From the IMG/VR virus record IMGVR_UViG_3300005937_000016, positions 2,425-66,424 of that record: a DNA stretch of 64,000 bases; one strand, 5' to 3'. The notes beneath the pieces are model-generated. The model ran no database searches and was not told the origin of the DNA. It saw nothing but the letters and a program-made list of their open reading frames with translations. Position 1 is the first letter of the stretch. Every line of letters starts with the position of its first letter. Source of the stretch: a virus. Lineage: Duplodnaviria; Caudoviricetes. A program made the translations under genes and the position numbers. Below, piece after piece: positions 32,939-42,909 of this stretch.

Positions 32939-34249
32939 CTAGGGCACCCGCCATACAATAATCTCACGATTGAGGGAGAGCATTTCCCTATTTTCTAGAC
33001 ACCACTTGAGATATTCGGTATAGCGCGGCGTATCACATGGGCAGGCAATGCGCCGGGCCAAGGGAAGCTTGACGAGCTTGATCATATCCATCGCATGATC
33101 GGTATAAGCATGCTCAGGGGCATACCAATGTGTGGGTTGGATAATGAGGGCGATATAAGCAGCAGTCTGGAGCTTCTTGCCAAAGTCGGTGATAATACCT
33201 GCGAGCGTCAACGTAAACTGATCGAGCGCCATATTGGCCAAATCTGTCGGGTCCTGCGAATATTCACCCTCGACTTGCTTCCAGTAAGGCGGATCAAGGT
33301 ACACAAGCTTGACATCTCGCCAGTTGTGCAGCGGTGGAAGCCCTTCAGTCATGTCCCAACGCCGAATTTCTTGGGCACGCTCGGGAAGGGGTTTGCGGTC
33401 ACTCACCCAATAACGTCTCAGACGTTTCTGGCAGACTTCAATTGTTGAACCACTACCCGCAAATGGATCAACGACGATATCAAACGGCTTGGTATAAAAG
33501 TATAGGAGGTTATCCACCCATCGAGGCTCAGTTGAACCAGGATACTTATGGTGTGGCGTCTTGTCCTGCTGGTTCCAGATATTCTTCTGGGGGCGGTCAT
33601 AGTCGATAGAGTGATTAGCGAGCAGGGCAGATTTACCAGTAGAGTTTTCCAGTACTTTACTGGTAAATTTTCTCGAAACCTCAGCGACCCATTGCTGGGT
33701 ACAAGCGGCGTCTTTGGCAATCTCTTCTTGGGTGTAGCAGGCAAGCCACATCTCTTTGATTTTCTTATCGCGCCATTCCTGAATATCCCGTACCGTCCTT
33801 GCAAGCCACGCACTGACTTTGCTTTTGGTGACATGCAGGGTGAGAGCAATGGTGTCGTAGGTCATCCCGTAGGCATAGAGCTTTTTCGCATCTGCTTCTT
33901 TCTCCTCTTCTGAAAGTTGTAACCCATGATTGCTATTGAGATAAATGGCCATCTGAAGCTGGTCATGTGGGGCAGTCACCGGATAGATAAACACGGGGAT
34001 GTCGGGATCATTCCCCTCATAACGCTTTTGATATGCGAGCCAGCGATGTTTCCCATCCAAAAGCTTTAAATCTGATGAAAGGCTAATCCACTTCTTTGTT
34101 GACTCAATGACCTCTAAATTGTCTGCATAGCGTTGAACCGTATACGGATCATGACGATATCGTGGATATATGACCTCATCGTAAATAACTGCTGAGAGTT
34201 TGACTCGCCTTTCCTCTGGTTTGAGTGTCTCTAGGGTGTTTTCGTCCAC
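32939..34249 (-). CDS. ParB-like domain + HTH + DNA amino-methyltransferase fusion
   Basis: LLDGKHR ParB motif; VVDPFAGSG SAM-binding motif; LDPPYW catalytic motif. Confidence 0.85.
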   Translation of the reverse strand: MDENTLETLKPEERRVKLSAVIYDEVIYPRYRHDPYTVQRYADNLEVIESTKKWISLSSDLKLLDGKHRWLAYQKRYEGNDPDIPVFIYPVTAPHDQLQMAIYLNSNHGLQLSEEEKEADAKKLYAYGMTYDTIALTLHVTKSKVSAWLARTVRDIQEWRDKKIKEMWLACYTQEEIAKDAACTQQWVAEVSRKFTSKVLENSTGKSALLANHSIDYDRPQKNIWNQQDKTPHHKYPGSTEPRWVDNLLYFYTKPFDIVVDPFAGSGSTIEVCQKRLRRYWVSDRKPLPERAQEIRRWDMTEGLPPLHNWRDVKLVYLDPPYWKQVEGEYSQDPTDLANMALDQFTLTLAGIITDFGKKLQTAAYIALIIQPTHWYAPEHAYTDHAMDMIKLVKLPLARRIACPCDTPRYTEYLKWCLENREMLSLNREIIVWRVP

Positions 34250-34851
34250 GGTCCCTCCACAAGATCAATGTTATGCCGAGCGAAGAGTCGTAACCAATGC
34301 ACGGGTACGGGCTCTGCAGTCACCAGCCGTAAGCGGGCTGTTGGATAGGCTTCCTGCCCAGCCAGGAGTTGCCCAAGCGCATGACTCATGGCCTGGGCAC
34401 CCGTCGAGAGCTTGGCTTCAATGAGCCACACGTGAGACTGTTTCTGCGCAAGGATATCAATGCGGCCGAACAGGGTCTGTACTTCCGTTCTACAGGTCCA
34501 TCCTTCGAGGGTCAATACACTTATGACTGCTGTCACTAGGTCTTTTTCGAGGGGGAAGCGATCCTGGCCGTACAGGTGAGTATCATAGGCTTTCAGGAGC
34601 GTATTATACGTCTCCCAAATCGCTTGACAGAGGGCCGTATCCTGGTTGCTAAACCACATAATGCCTTTGTCAATGTTGCCAATCCAACGGCTGTCTGTAT
34701 AGAGGAGCCACTGTCCTCCTACTTGTTTCTGCCACATCGTACGCGCTTCGCGGACAATCTCTGCCTCGACCGACGCGAAGAGTTCGCGGAGATAGGGCAG
34801 CGCGTGCGGTGAATTGGTCCAGAGGGCAAAAGGCGTCTCGTTGGGCTCCAT
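34231..34851 (-). CDS. PD-(D/E)XK nuclease-fold protein
   Basis: EVQT.FGRIDILA......LIEAK.......ALGQL restriction-endonuclease-like motif. Confidence 0.75.
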   Translation of the reverse strand: MEPNETPFALWTNSPHALPYLRELFASVEAEIVREARTMWQKQVGGQWLLYTDSRWIGNIDKGIMWFSNQDTALCQAIWETYNTLLKAYDTHLYGQDRFPLEKDLVTAVISVLTLEGWTCRTEVQTLFGRIDILAQKQSHVWLIEAKLSTGAQAMSHALGQLLAGQEAYPTARLRLVTAEPVPVHWLRLFARHNIDLVEGPWTKTP

Positions 34852-34854
34852 CCC

Positions 34855-36138
34855 TTACACTCCTACTCCCGCTTCGAGTTCCGCAGTTTCAGGCGTTGTC
34901 CGAAAATTCTTGAGTGCGCTCTGATCTCCGCTTGCCAGCGTCAGGTCAAGTTGTTCTTTGACGAGGGCAATGGCCAGTTGCAGATTGCCACGATGCGGCG
35001 TGATTGTCCCACTCGTACTGACAATACCACCGCGCCATAAGGGATTATCCCTGCGCCAATTGAACGTCGCGAGTTCCGTCAATTTGGCCTCTTGTGCAGC
35101 CGTGAAGTCGGCGGTGATCGTCTCTTGCATAGAGAGGATACTATGCCCCACCGCGCACATGACATTGAGACCTCCTGCTACACAGTGGAGATAGTGCAGG
35201 CGAAAGTCGGGCACGGGATCAATCACTTTGGCCGCAGCGATGGGACTCTCAATAATTTTGCGCCATTGCACATTATGGGTACACATATGGGCAAAGAACG
35301 CCTGGAGACAACGGACATAACTGTCATAGGCGGGGCTGATTTTCTGGTTCACACGTTCCAAGACGTTGGCCGCCTTCCCTTTGGTTTCTCCCAGGACCAG
35401 GAAGAAACACCCGAGTTTGATATGGTTCGTCGAATACAACATGAGCGAATTTTGGCTGATGGAGTTGGTAAAGCGTTCGGTCCGCTCTTTGAAGAGTGGG
35501 ACTGTTGTACTGATGTCTCGGGCCAAGGCATTGCCCATGGAGCGTCCGTCATATTCTACGAGCAGTGACGGCTCAAGTTTTTTGGTTTGCGCCGCGTCAT
35601 AAAAGTCTTGGTGGATACGCTGGATATCCGTTTCCTCAATGAGGGTCACCCCAATGGCATCGTGCCACAGTTCTTTTTTTGCCTCAGCACCATCGGTTGC
35701 TTCACGCAAGGCTTCAACCCGATGTTGTCCGTCGGTGATATAGAGTGCATCAGTATCAGGCAGGACGAGAATGCATGGTTTTGTGACATTCTCCGCCTTG
35801 ACGACAAAGATATGCAGTTCGACCGCTGAGTTGACGATAATAGGCGGAATGAGATAGGTATCATTTTTGCGCAAGTAGGTAACAATTTCGTGAACATGCG
35901 GTGGGTCTAAGGGACGCTGACGTGTGGTGGCTGGATCAGGCTTTGGCTCACCGCGCTTTGGCCGTGGAGATCGCCTCGTGAGGTCAAAAAGCTTCGACAT
36001 GGGCAGGACGAGTTGCACAAAGTCACGTCCACCTTGGTGATAATGGGTCCCTCGCAGTGCCGTGGTCGAATTGTTCAAGCCGAACTCATTTGCGGCTCTT
36101 TCGGCCTGTTCCATCGTATCAAACTCGTGGAATTTCAT
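34855..36138 (-). CDS. DGQHR-domain (DndB-like) protein
   Basis: QRPLD..HV.EI..YL; PPIIVN; LYITDGQHRV.AL; QDFYD; start MKFHE with RBS AGAAGGA. Confidence 0.85.
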   Translation of the reverse strand: MKFHEFDTMEQAERAANEFGLNNSTTALRGTHYHQGGRDFVQLVLPMSKLFDLTRRSPRPKRGEPKPDPATTRQRPLDPPHVHEIVTYLRKNDTYLIPPIIVNSAVELHIFVVKAENVTKPCILVLPDTDALYITDGQHRVEALREATDGAEAKKELWHDAIGVTLIEETDIQRIHQDFYDAAQTKKLEPSLLVEYDGRSMGNALARDISTTVPLFKERTERFTNSISQNSLMLYSTNHIKLGCFFLVLGETKGKAANVLERVNQKISPAYDSYVRCLQAFFAHMCTHNVQWRKIIESPIAAAKVIDPVPDFRLHYLHCVAGGLNVMCAVGHSILSMQETITADFTAAQEAKLTELATFNWRRDNPLWRGGIVSTSGTITPHRGNLQLAIALVKEQLDLTLASGDQSALKNFRTTPETAELEAGVGV

Positions 36139-36205
36139 ACACTGACATCCTTCTCGTCTGCATAGCCACATCATGCTGAGACACGTTCTCAGCACTTAGG
36201 GTAGA

Positions 36206-36268
36206 AATATATTTACGTATTACGTACATGTCAAGATAGTTGACAGCGAATTTTTTACGTAGTACCTT
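36206..36268. promoter_or_regulatory. Divergent sigma70-type promoters with TTACGTA repeats
   Basis: Minus strand TTGACA-17-TATATT (36234-36206); plus strand TTGACA-17-TACCTT (36240-36268). Confidence 0.7.
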
Positions 36269-36310
36269 CTTTCATGATGTCGGATACTTCAATCGTCACT
36301 GGAGGGTTCC

Positions 36311-36661
36311 ATGAGTACACTCCCTGACGACTTTATGGCATGGATGGAGCAATATTCTCAACTTTCGCAAGCCTATCAATCCCTTGCGGCACCACGCTTG
36401 GCGCAAATCAAGGCGCTTGAAGTGGCCTTGGCCAATGAGACCGCCGATCTCGTCTTCCAGATGGAGACGCTGGAATCGCTGATCCGGCCGCATGTGCTTG
36501 CAGGACAGCAGACCGTCAAAGTTCCCTTCCTCACGGCGATCTATCAGCACCGGGATAAGTGGGATCGCCATATTCTGTTCAACATTGCCAAGGAAGTCCC
36601 GGCCATCATGCAAGCCTACAAGGATGCGTCGTTCGTGCAGTTTCGCAAGACGGCACGCTAG
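36311..36661 (+). CDS. Hypothetical coiled-coil protein (Gam/Gp157-like architecture)
   Basis: RBS GGAGG; helical N-terminus followed by a short beta C-terminus. Confidence 0.45.
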   Translation: MSTLPDDFMAWMEQYSQLSQAYQSLAAPRLAQIKALEVALANETADLVFQMETLESLIRPHVLAGQQTVKVPFLTAIYQHRDKWDRHILFNIAKEVPAIMQAYKDASFVQFRKTAR

Positions 36662-36928
36662 GAGCCTCAGTCACGCCGTTATTGCAACTTGCATTTCCCC
36701 CTTGACATTTACAGTAAAAGGCTTTACACGTTTTACTTTGCTGTAGTGTGCATGTGTGTCGGGAAGGATCGCGGTACCAGTTGGACGTGACGGTCCATAG
36801 TGGGCGGCCAGCTTCATTCGCTTGCTGCATGTGTGCAAGTCGCATGTCGTCACCTCTCTTCACATAACTCTCCCCTGCGAGCGGAGAGAAGCTCGGGGCC
36901 TGCTCCGAGACTTGCGGCAACGACCAAC

Positions 36929-36972
36929 GACCGCTTCACCTGGGGTGACTCAGAGGGAGCGGTCTTTTTTTT
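36929..36972 (+). terminator. Intrinsic terminator upstream of the head operon
   Basis: GACCGCTTC...GGAGCGGTC stem followed by T8. Confidence 0.8.
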
Positions 36973-37053
36973 GTGCCCCTGCACGGTGGGATGCCGTGCT
37001 GTCTGATCTGCTGCCAGTGGGATGCTGGCCTGCCTGCATGAAGGAGCGCTGGG

Positions 37054-37827
37054 ATGGCCCTCCGTCAACGGTATACGAGTGAACAGGATGTGCCCCAGAG
37101 TTTGCGCGAGCACTACGGCGAGAAAGATGGCGCGTGGGTGCTGCAGACCGATCCGCCGGCTGAAGATGTGACCGGCCTGAAAACGGCCCTGGAGCAAGAG
37201 CGCAAGTTACGGCGGGATGCCGAAAAGTTGCACTCGGATCTCAAGATTCGCTTTGAGGGCGTGGACCCGGACGAGTACCACAAGCTCCAGGAACGCGTCA
37301 AAGGGCTCGACGATAGCGAGGTCTATGACAAGCAAGGGATTGAAGCCTTGGTCACGCGGCGGACCGAGAGCATGAAGCATGAGCACGAGCGCGTGACGGC
37401 CCGCAAGGATCAGGAGATTGCGCACCTGAAAACGGTGAGCGCTGACCTGGATAAACGCTGGCGCAGTGATCGCATCAAGACGGCCTTGCTCGACGCTGCG
37501 GCGCGGGCTGGGGTTGCCAAAGGCGCGATGCCTGATGCCGTGCAGCGCGGGATGCAGGTCTTTGTGGATCTGGATGAGCACGGCACGGTTGTGAGTAAGA
37601 ACGGTGATGACATCCGCTACGGTAAAGATGGCGTCAATCCGCTGTCCCCCGATGAGTGGATGGCCGGGCTCAAGACTGAAGCGCCGCACCTCTGGCCGGC
37701 GAGCACGGGTTCCGGAGCCCCCGCCGCGCATGGCGGCAATGGCGCCGGTATTGACTGGGACGCGATTACCAATCCGGCCGAGCGCCGCACGCGCTTCCGG
37801 GAATGGCAGGCGCAACAACGCCGCTAA
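37054..37827 (+). CDS. Capsid scaffolding protein
   Basis: Coiled coil; LK.EAPHLWPAS.GSGA motif; directly upstream of the major capsid gene. Confidence 0.8.
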   Translation: MALRQRYTSEQDVPQSLREHYGEKDGAWVLQTDPPAEDVTGLKTALEQERKLRRDAEKLHSDLKIRFEGVDPDEYHKLQERVKGLDDSEVYDKQGIEALVTRRTESMKHEHERVTARKDQEIAHLKTVSADLDKRWRSDRIKTALLDAAARAGVAKGAMPDAVQRGMQVFVDLDEHGTVVSKNGDDIRYGKDGVNPLSPDEWMAGLKTEAPHLWPASTGSGAPAAHGGNGAGIDWDAITNPAERRTRFREWQAQQRR

Positions 37828-37904
37828 ACTGCTAGACGATTCCGCCCCCCTGGCAGGGTGCCTCATGCGGCTCGTCTAGGACGTCTGTAGGAGGAAACTT
37901 TGCT

Positions 37905-38840
37905 ATGGCCCTGACTATTCTTGAGGCCTCCAAGCTCAATTCCGGCGACGTTGAACGGAACTCGATTATCGAAGAATTCGCCCGCAATAGCGACATTTTG
38001 CGCGCTCTTCCTTTCGAGTCTATTGCCGGGAACGCCTTGAAATATAATCGAGAAGAGGCGTTACCTGGTGTCGGATTTCGCGGGGTCAACGAAGCCTTTT
38101 CGGAGTCGGTAGGGGTACTCAATCCGATTACCGAGTCACTCGTGATTGCCGGGGGCGATCTGGACGTTGATCGCTTCATTTTGCGCACCATGGGCGAGAA
38201 TCAGCGCAGTGTGCAAGAGGGCATGAAGGTCAAGGCCCTGGCGCATCGCTGGACCAAGACGTTCATCAAGGGCGATTCCTCGGCAGAGCCCCGGGAGTTC
38301 GATGGGCTGCAGCGCCGGATTCCGGTGGGCTCCAGTCAGCTCATTGATGCCGGGGCGACCTCGGGCGGCGATGCCCTCTCCTTGTTCAAGCTCGACACGT
38401 TGATCAGTCGTGTGCCTGGGGCCAATGCGCTCATTATGAATACGGCGATGTCGCTGCGTCTGACGCAGGCCTCCCGCAATCAGGCGGTCATGGGCAATGT
38501 TGCCTTCACGATCAACACCCTTGGCCAGCGCGTGATGACGTACAACGGCCTCGAAATCCTGCTGGCGGAGGAAGACGAGCAGGGCGTGCCGATTCTCCCC
38601 TTTACGGAGGCGAATCCGGGCGGGGGGACGGCCGCCTCGACCAGTATTTATGTCGTGCGCATGGGCGATGGCGGGCTGGTCGGGCTCCAGAATGACGGCA
38701 TTTCCGTGAGAGACCTAGGTGAGTTAGAGACAAAGCCAGTATTCCGAACAAGAGTAGAATGGTATTCTGGGATGGCAATTTTCGACGGAAAGAGTGCTGC
38801 GCGTTTGAGGGGCGTTAAGGACGCTGCCATAACGGTCTAG
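37905..38840 (+). CDS. Major capsid protein (HK97 fold)
   Basis: ILRALPF..I.GN...YNRE..LP...FR.VNE; GGDLDVDRFI; EFDGL..RI; RTRVEWYSG.A. Confidence 0.9.
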   Translation: MALTILEASKLNSGDVERNSIIEEFARNSDILRALPFESIAGNALKYNREEALPGVGFRGVNEAFSESVGVLNPITESLVIAGGDLDVDRFILRTMGENQRSVQEGMKVKALAHRWTKTFIKGDSSAEPREFDGLQRRIPVGSSQLIDAGATSGGDALSLFKLDTLISRVPGANALIMNTAMSLRLTQASRNQAVMGNVAFTINTLGQRVMTYNGLEILLAEEDEQGVPILPFTEANPGGGTAASTSIYVVRMGDGGLVGLQNDGISVRDLGELETKPVFRTRVEWYSGMAIFDGKSAARLRGVKDAAITV

Positions 38841-38854
38841 TTAGGAGATATACA

Positions 38855-39283
38855 GTGTCAACTGCCGTATTTGATAAAGCCCTAGAGCTGAACGCTGCAG
38901 GCGCCCCGTTGGCGGCCAATGGCAGCGCCACGGGCGTGTTGCTGTATCCGCGCATGTTGCCCGTGGCCGACTGGGTCCTCTGCCTGTCTGGCGTGGTGGC
39001 CACGGGCACGTACACGTTCAACCTCCAGGTCAGCGACGTGGTCGGCGGGACCTATACAACTATAGCGTCGTTTGTCTGGCCGCCGGCCGTGGCCGGGGGG
39101 CGCGTGCATATTCCCATCAGTGGGCAGATGGCGGCGTTTCTGGATTCGGATGCCCGTTTTATGCGGCTCAACTATGTGATCGGGGGCACGACCCCGGGGG
39201 CGGTGGTCGAGAGTTTTCTGGCCAAGCCGGCGACTAATGCGGGCTGGGCCGTGCGGCCTGGCGAAATCGTCAGCGTCGGGTAA
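38855..39283 (+). CDS. Capsid decoration / cement protein (Bbp16-like)
   Basis: Follows MCP; FD.AL...; YTFNLQVSD; RFMRLNYVIGGT. Confidence 0.65.
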   Translation: MSTAVFDKALELNAAGAPLAANGSATGVLLYPRMLPVADWVLCLSGVVATGTYTFNLQVSDVVGGTYTTIASFVWPPAVAGGRVHIPISGQMAAFLDSDARFMRLNYVIGGTTPGAVVESFLAKPATNAGWAVRPGEIVSVG

Positions 39284-39301
39284 GACGCAAGGAGGAGCCC
39301 T

Positions 39302-39730
39302 ATGCCTGCACAACCCGTGCTGGTGTACGAAAAAGAGACGGGGACTGCCACGTATATGCACAGTGTGGATGCGCGTGAAGCCGTCCAGTTGGGCGACTAT
39401 ACCTATGCGGCGCCTTCGCAGGAGCCCTCGTCAGAGGCGCGCGCGGCGGCCCGCTCGAAGTTCCAGGCCGGCATGGCCGTGGCGCATCCCGAGCTGCAAA
39501 GCGAGGAAGAACGCCAGCGTTTGCGCGATGAGGCCAATGAGCGAGCCGAGCTGACGGCCATGATCCCCGAAGGCGCGCAAGTCGTGGTAATGGCCCCCAG
39601 TGCGTCCGAGCGTAGTCAGCGGCAGGCCACCCGCCCCAGTAGTACGCGAGCGTCGACGCCACCACCGGGACAGTCCACGCCTGCGACGCCGCCTCCGGCT
39701 GAGGCCAGTGCTCGACGGCCGCGGGAGTAA
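39302..39730 (+). CDS. Hypothetical protein
   Basis: RBS AGGAG. Confidence 0.55.
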   Translation: MPAQPVLVYEKETGTATYMHSVDAREAVQLGDYTYAAPSQEPSSEARAAARSKFQAGMAVAHPELQSEEERQRLRDEANERAELTAMIPEGAQVVVMAPSASERSQRQATRPSSTRASTPPPGQSTPATPPPAEASARRPRE

Positions 39731-39733
39731 GGG

Positions 39734-40294
39734 ATGGCCCTCGACGCGACACCCGGCGGCGTTCAGAGCAATGCCTACTGTACGGTCGCGCAAGCCACGG
39801 CCTTCCTGGACGAGCGCCTCCACACGCAGCCCTGGTACGCGCAGCCGACGGACGTGACGCTCCAGAGCCAGCGGGAAGCGGCCCTGATCACGGCGACGCG
39901 CCTGCTCGATGAGCAGATCCGCTGGGCTGGGACACCGAGCACCTCCACACAGGCGCTCGGCTGGCCCCGCAGTGGCCTCACCGTGCTGGGCGGGCAGGCG
40001 ATCCCGCCTGACGTCGTGCCCGTGACGATCCAACGGGCCACCGCGTACTATGCCCTGCATCTGCTGCGCGATACGAGCGAGGCGGCGACCACGAGCACGA
40101 CCGTGGGCAGCGGGGTGGTCAAGCGGCGCACGTTGGGGGAGACGACGGTGGAGTATTTTCAGCCCGGCACGACCGCGACGGGCCAGGCCACACAACGACC
40201 GCCAGGGACCACGATGCCGGCGGAGATTCGGCAGATGCTGCGGGGCTACGGGCTGGTGTTAGGGGGAATGACCGTACCGCTGGTACGCACGTAG
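39734..40294 (+). CDS. Head-tail adaptor (DnaT-like family)
   Basis: SNAYCTVA.A..F...; ALITAT..LD; QAL.WPR; VKR..LG...VEY. Confidence 0.8.
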   Translation: MALDATPGGVQSNAYCTVAQATAFLDERLHTQPWYAQPTDVTLQSQREAALITATRLLDEQIRWAGTPSTSTQALGWPRSGLTVLGGQAIPPDVVPVTIQRATAYYALHLLRDTSEAATTSTTVGSGVVKRRTLGETTVEYFQPGTTATGQATQRPPGTTMPAEIRQMLRGYGLVLGGMTVPLVRT

Positions 40295-40308
40295 AAGGAC
40301 GAAAAGGT

Positions 40309-40737
40309 ATGGTTGCTTTCACACAATTCGATGACTTCAAAGAGCAACTGCTCTCCGGCAAACATGACTTTACCGCCTCGGGCAATGTGATCAAGGCCAT
40401 GTTGGTGCTCTCGCCGGCGCCGGTGGCGGCCACGCATGCCGTCAAGGCCGATCTGACCGAGATTGCGGCGGGAAATGGCTACACGGCAGGCGGGACCGAT
40501 ATTCAGAATACGGTCACCCAGACCGGCGCGACCTCGCAAGTGGGGGCGACCGACGTGACCTGGACGGCCTCGGGAGGCCCGATCGCCAACTTCCGCTATG
40601 TCGTGCTCTACAATGACTCGCAGGCCACGCCCGCCAAGCCGTTGGTGGGCTTTTACGACTACGGTTCCACAGTCACCCTGTCTGATACTGAATCCTTTAC
40701 CGTTGACTTTAGTACAAGCATTCTTGTTTTAAGTTGA
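40309..40737 (+). CDS. Virion structural protein
   Basis: F...LL.GKHDF.....IK.ML; GNGYTAGG; D.TWTASGG.IA.FRY.VLYND; L.G..DYG..VTL motif common in phage fibre clusters. Confidence 0.7.
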   Translation: MVAFTQFDDFKEQLLSGKHDFTASGNVIKAMLVLSPAPVAATHAVKADLTEIAAGNGYTAGGTDIQNTVTQTGATSQVGATDVTWTASGGPIANFRYVVLYNDSQATPAKPLVGFYDYGSTVTLSDTESFTVDFSTSILVLS

Positions 40738-40808
40738 ATAAAATCAATAAGTTATTGTAGTATTTTTGTATAAATAGAAACATCAAAGAGTAACAAATAG
40801 ATAAAATT

Positions 40809-41480
40809 TCATATGTTACCTTTTCTGCTTGGCTTATGGTGCTGACCTGCACGATAGGGTGTGGTGAGAATTTCGGTGTCCGTCCACCCTCGCCGGAACC
40901 GATCTTGCAAGACGGTACGCGGGATGCGCAGGGTCTCTGCCCATGCTGACACGGATTGGGTGCAGTCTTCATAGGTAAGCAAGCGATTGTTACGACGATT
41001 CTGCGCTTGTTGCAGCGGGGTGGCCCAGCGGCAATTGGTTGGCGCATAGTTACCATCGACGTCGAGACGGTCCAGCGTCAACCCTGTGGGGCGCTCACCC
41101 ATATCGGCCAGGAAGTTGCGGAAGTCCTGCCAGCGGTGACAGACTGTGATGCCAAGCGCACCATATCGTGCATACTGATCATTGTGAGGATTCGTGCAGC
41201 GCGCATGCATACGTTGCCATGAGACATAAGTTGGTGAAGGCTTTCTATTGGCCGCAATGGCATTGTGGCCGTGCCTGGTTGCCGCGTCGATTTTTTGACA
41301 GCCGCATGACTGGGTGTTGTTGTTGTTGTTGTTTTTGAGGCAGTTCGCACGTACCGGGAGCCGTGTTTTGGTCGGGCAGGAACACTCGCAGAGCCAGAAG
41401 GTCCGACCTTCTTTCCTGTAGGCAAAAGCGATGACCGTTAGCCGATTAAACGTCTGTCCTGTAAGATCATGTCTAGCCAT
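40809..41480 (-). CDS. Free-standing HNH-like homing endonuclease
   Basis: DLTGQTFNRLTV, WLC.CSC, SCGC, Y.SW..M..RC, YGA.GI.VC.RW.DF.NFLADMGERP..LTLDR.DVDGNY.P.NCRWAT. Confidence 0.9.
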   Translation of the reverse strand: MARHDLTGQTFNRLTVIAFAYRKEGRTFWLCECSCPTKTRLPVRANCLKNNNNNNTQSCGCQKIDAATRHGHNAIAANRKPSPTYVSWQRMHARCTNPHNDQYARYGALGITVCHRWQDFRNFLADMGERPTGLTLDRLDVDGNYAPTNCRWATPLQQAQNRRNNRLLTYEDCTQSVSAWAETLRIPRTVLQDRFRRGWTDTEILTTPYRAGQHHKPSRKGNI

Positions 41481-41559
41481 AGATGCCTGTCCTCCTGCGA
41501 CAAGTACTGTGGTGAGGGGCTTGCAGTGCATCCAACACTGTAAGCTCCGTTATTATGAC

Positions 41560-42099
41560 ATGCTTATGGCTGTTTTCCTCCTGCTGCTCTGCGTCACCGC
41601 GGCGTCTGCCCTCACCACGCCCCAACTGCTGCAGCTCCGCGACGACATTGCGGCCGATCCGGCCTTTGCCACCGTGCCGCACAATGCCGATGGTGCCTAT
41701 CAAGTGGCCGCCGCCTATAACCTGCCCGCGCAGCCCGATTTCTGGGTGTGGAAGACCAGCGTGTCCCCGGACGCCTACACGGGGCTTAATAGTATCGTGT
41801 GGACGGAAGTCGATCAACTCAGTGTCGGGAAAGCCCGTATTTTTGAATGGATGACCGGCGGCCTCACGCGCCCCATCAATGCGGCGGATCCGAACGTGCA
41901 GAAAGGCATTGCTGATGCGTTTGGGGCCCAGTCGGTGACGCGGACCAATCTGGCGACGATTGCCAAGCGCCAGGCCACGCGGGCCGAGAAGCTCTATGCT
42001 ACCGGCCCGGGGGATGGCAGTCAGGCGACCCCGGCGACGCTGACGTTTGAAGGGGCGCTCGGGATTGCGGACATTATGGCCGCATGGTATTTGCCGTAG
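41560..42099 (+). CDS. Hypothetical secreted protein (paralog of 5963-6478)
   Basis: Signal peptide ending ASA; AKRQATRAEKL motif. Confidence 0.65.
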   Translation: MLMAVFLLLLCVTAASALTTPQLLQLRDDIAADPAFATVPHNADGAYQVAAAYNLPAQPDFWVWKTSVSPDAYTGLNSIVWTEVDQLSVGKARIFEWMTGGLTRPINAADPNVQKGIADAFGAQSVTRTNLATIAKRQATRAEKLYATGPGDGSQATPATLTFEGALGIADIMAAWYLP

Positions 42100-42107
42100 G
42101 AGGCGAT

Positions 42108-42893
42108 ATGTTTCAGGTCTCTCCCCGCAGTCACCGCCTTCAGGACGCACCGCATGTGCAGATCTGGCTCGATTGCTACTGCCATGATTGCAAGCTCTGG
42201 CATCGCCCTCATGCCTGTACGCCGGAGCAGTTCAGCCAGGAAGTGTGGGAGTGGCACGCCAAGCATCCTGGCCATGCGACGGAGTTCTTGAGCCCGAAGC
42301 GGCGGCTCCTGCGCTTCCGTGACAAGGTGTGGCAGACGTTGGGGGTGGCGCCGTGGTGGGTCGAGTACACCGAGAACACGAATTTTAAGCTCCAATATAG
42401 TGCCACGACCGCGTTGACGATCACGCTGGCCGGCCTTGCCTCCTCCACGACCTGGATTGCCGGGCGTGAATCGACGGCGGTGGATAACAGCGCGAACCGC
42501 TATATCGACTATGCCATCGGCGGCGAAGTGACGACGCATGCGACCTCGACGCCCACGCTCAACAGCGAAATTCGGCTGTATAGCTATCAGTGTATCAATC
42601 CCGATACGCCGACCTATCCCGATGTCCTGACCGGCACGAATGCGAACGTGACCCTGACGGCGGCGGCGGCGGCCAATATCCTGGACGGGGGCTTTGTGCT
42701 GATGGGCAGTGCGACGGTGGTGGCTACTGCGAATATCTCCTATCCCTTGACCCGGACCCTCTCTATGGCCCAGGCTTACGGCGCTTCGCCCAAGCGTTGG
42801 GGCGTCTACGTTGCCCACAATACCGGTCAGTCTCTCCACGCCACCGGGCCGCACGAGATTAACGTAACGGGGGCATACCTCACGGATACCTAG
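42108..42893 (+). CDS. Virion-associated beta-sandwich protein with N-terminal Cys/His extension
   Basis: RBS AGGAGG; CYCHDC...H.C N-terminus; LTITLAGLASS...RES..VDN motif. Confidence 0.6.
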   Translation: MFQVSPRSHRLQDAPHVQIWLDCYCHDCKLWHRPHACTPEQFSQEVWEWHAKHPGHATEFLSPKRRLLRFRDKVWQTLGVAPWWVEYTENTNFKLQYSATTALTITLAGLASSTTWIAGRESTAVDNSANRYIDYAIGGEVTTHATSTPTLNSEIRLYSYQCINPDTPTYPDVLTGTNANVTLTAAAAANILDGGFVLMGSATVVATANISYPLTRTLSMAQAYGASPKRWGVYVAHNTGQSLHATGPHEINVTGAYLTDT

Positions 42894-42909
42894 CCAGAAG
42901 GGCGACGCG

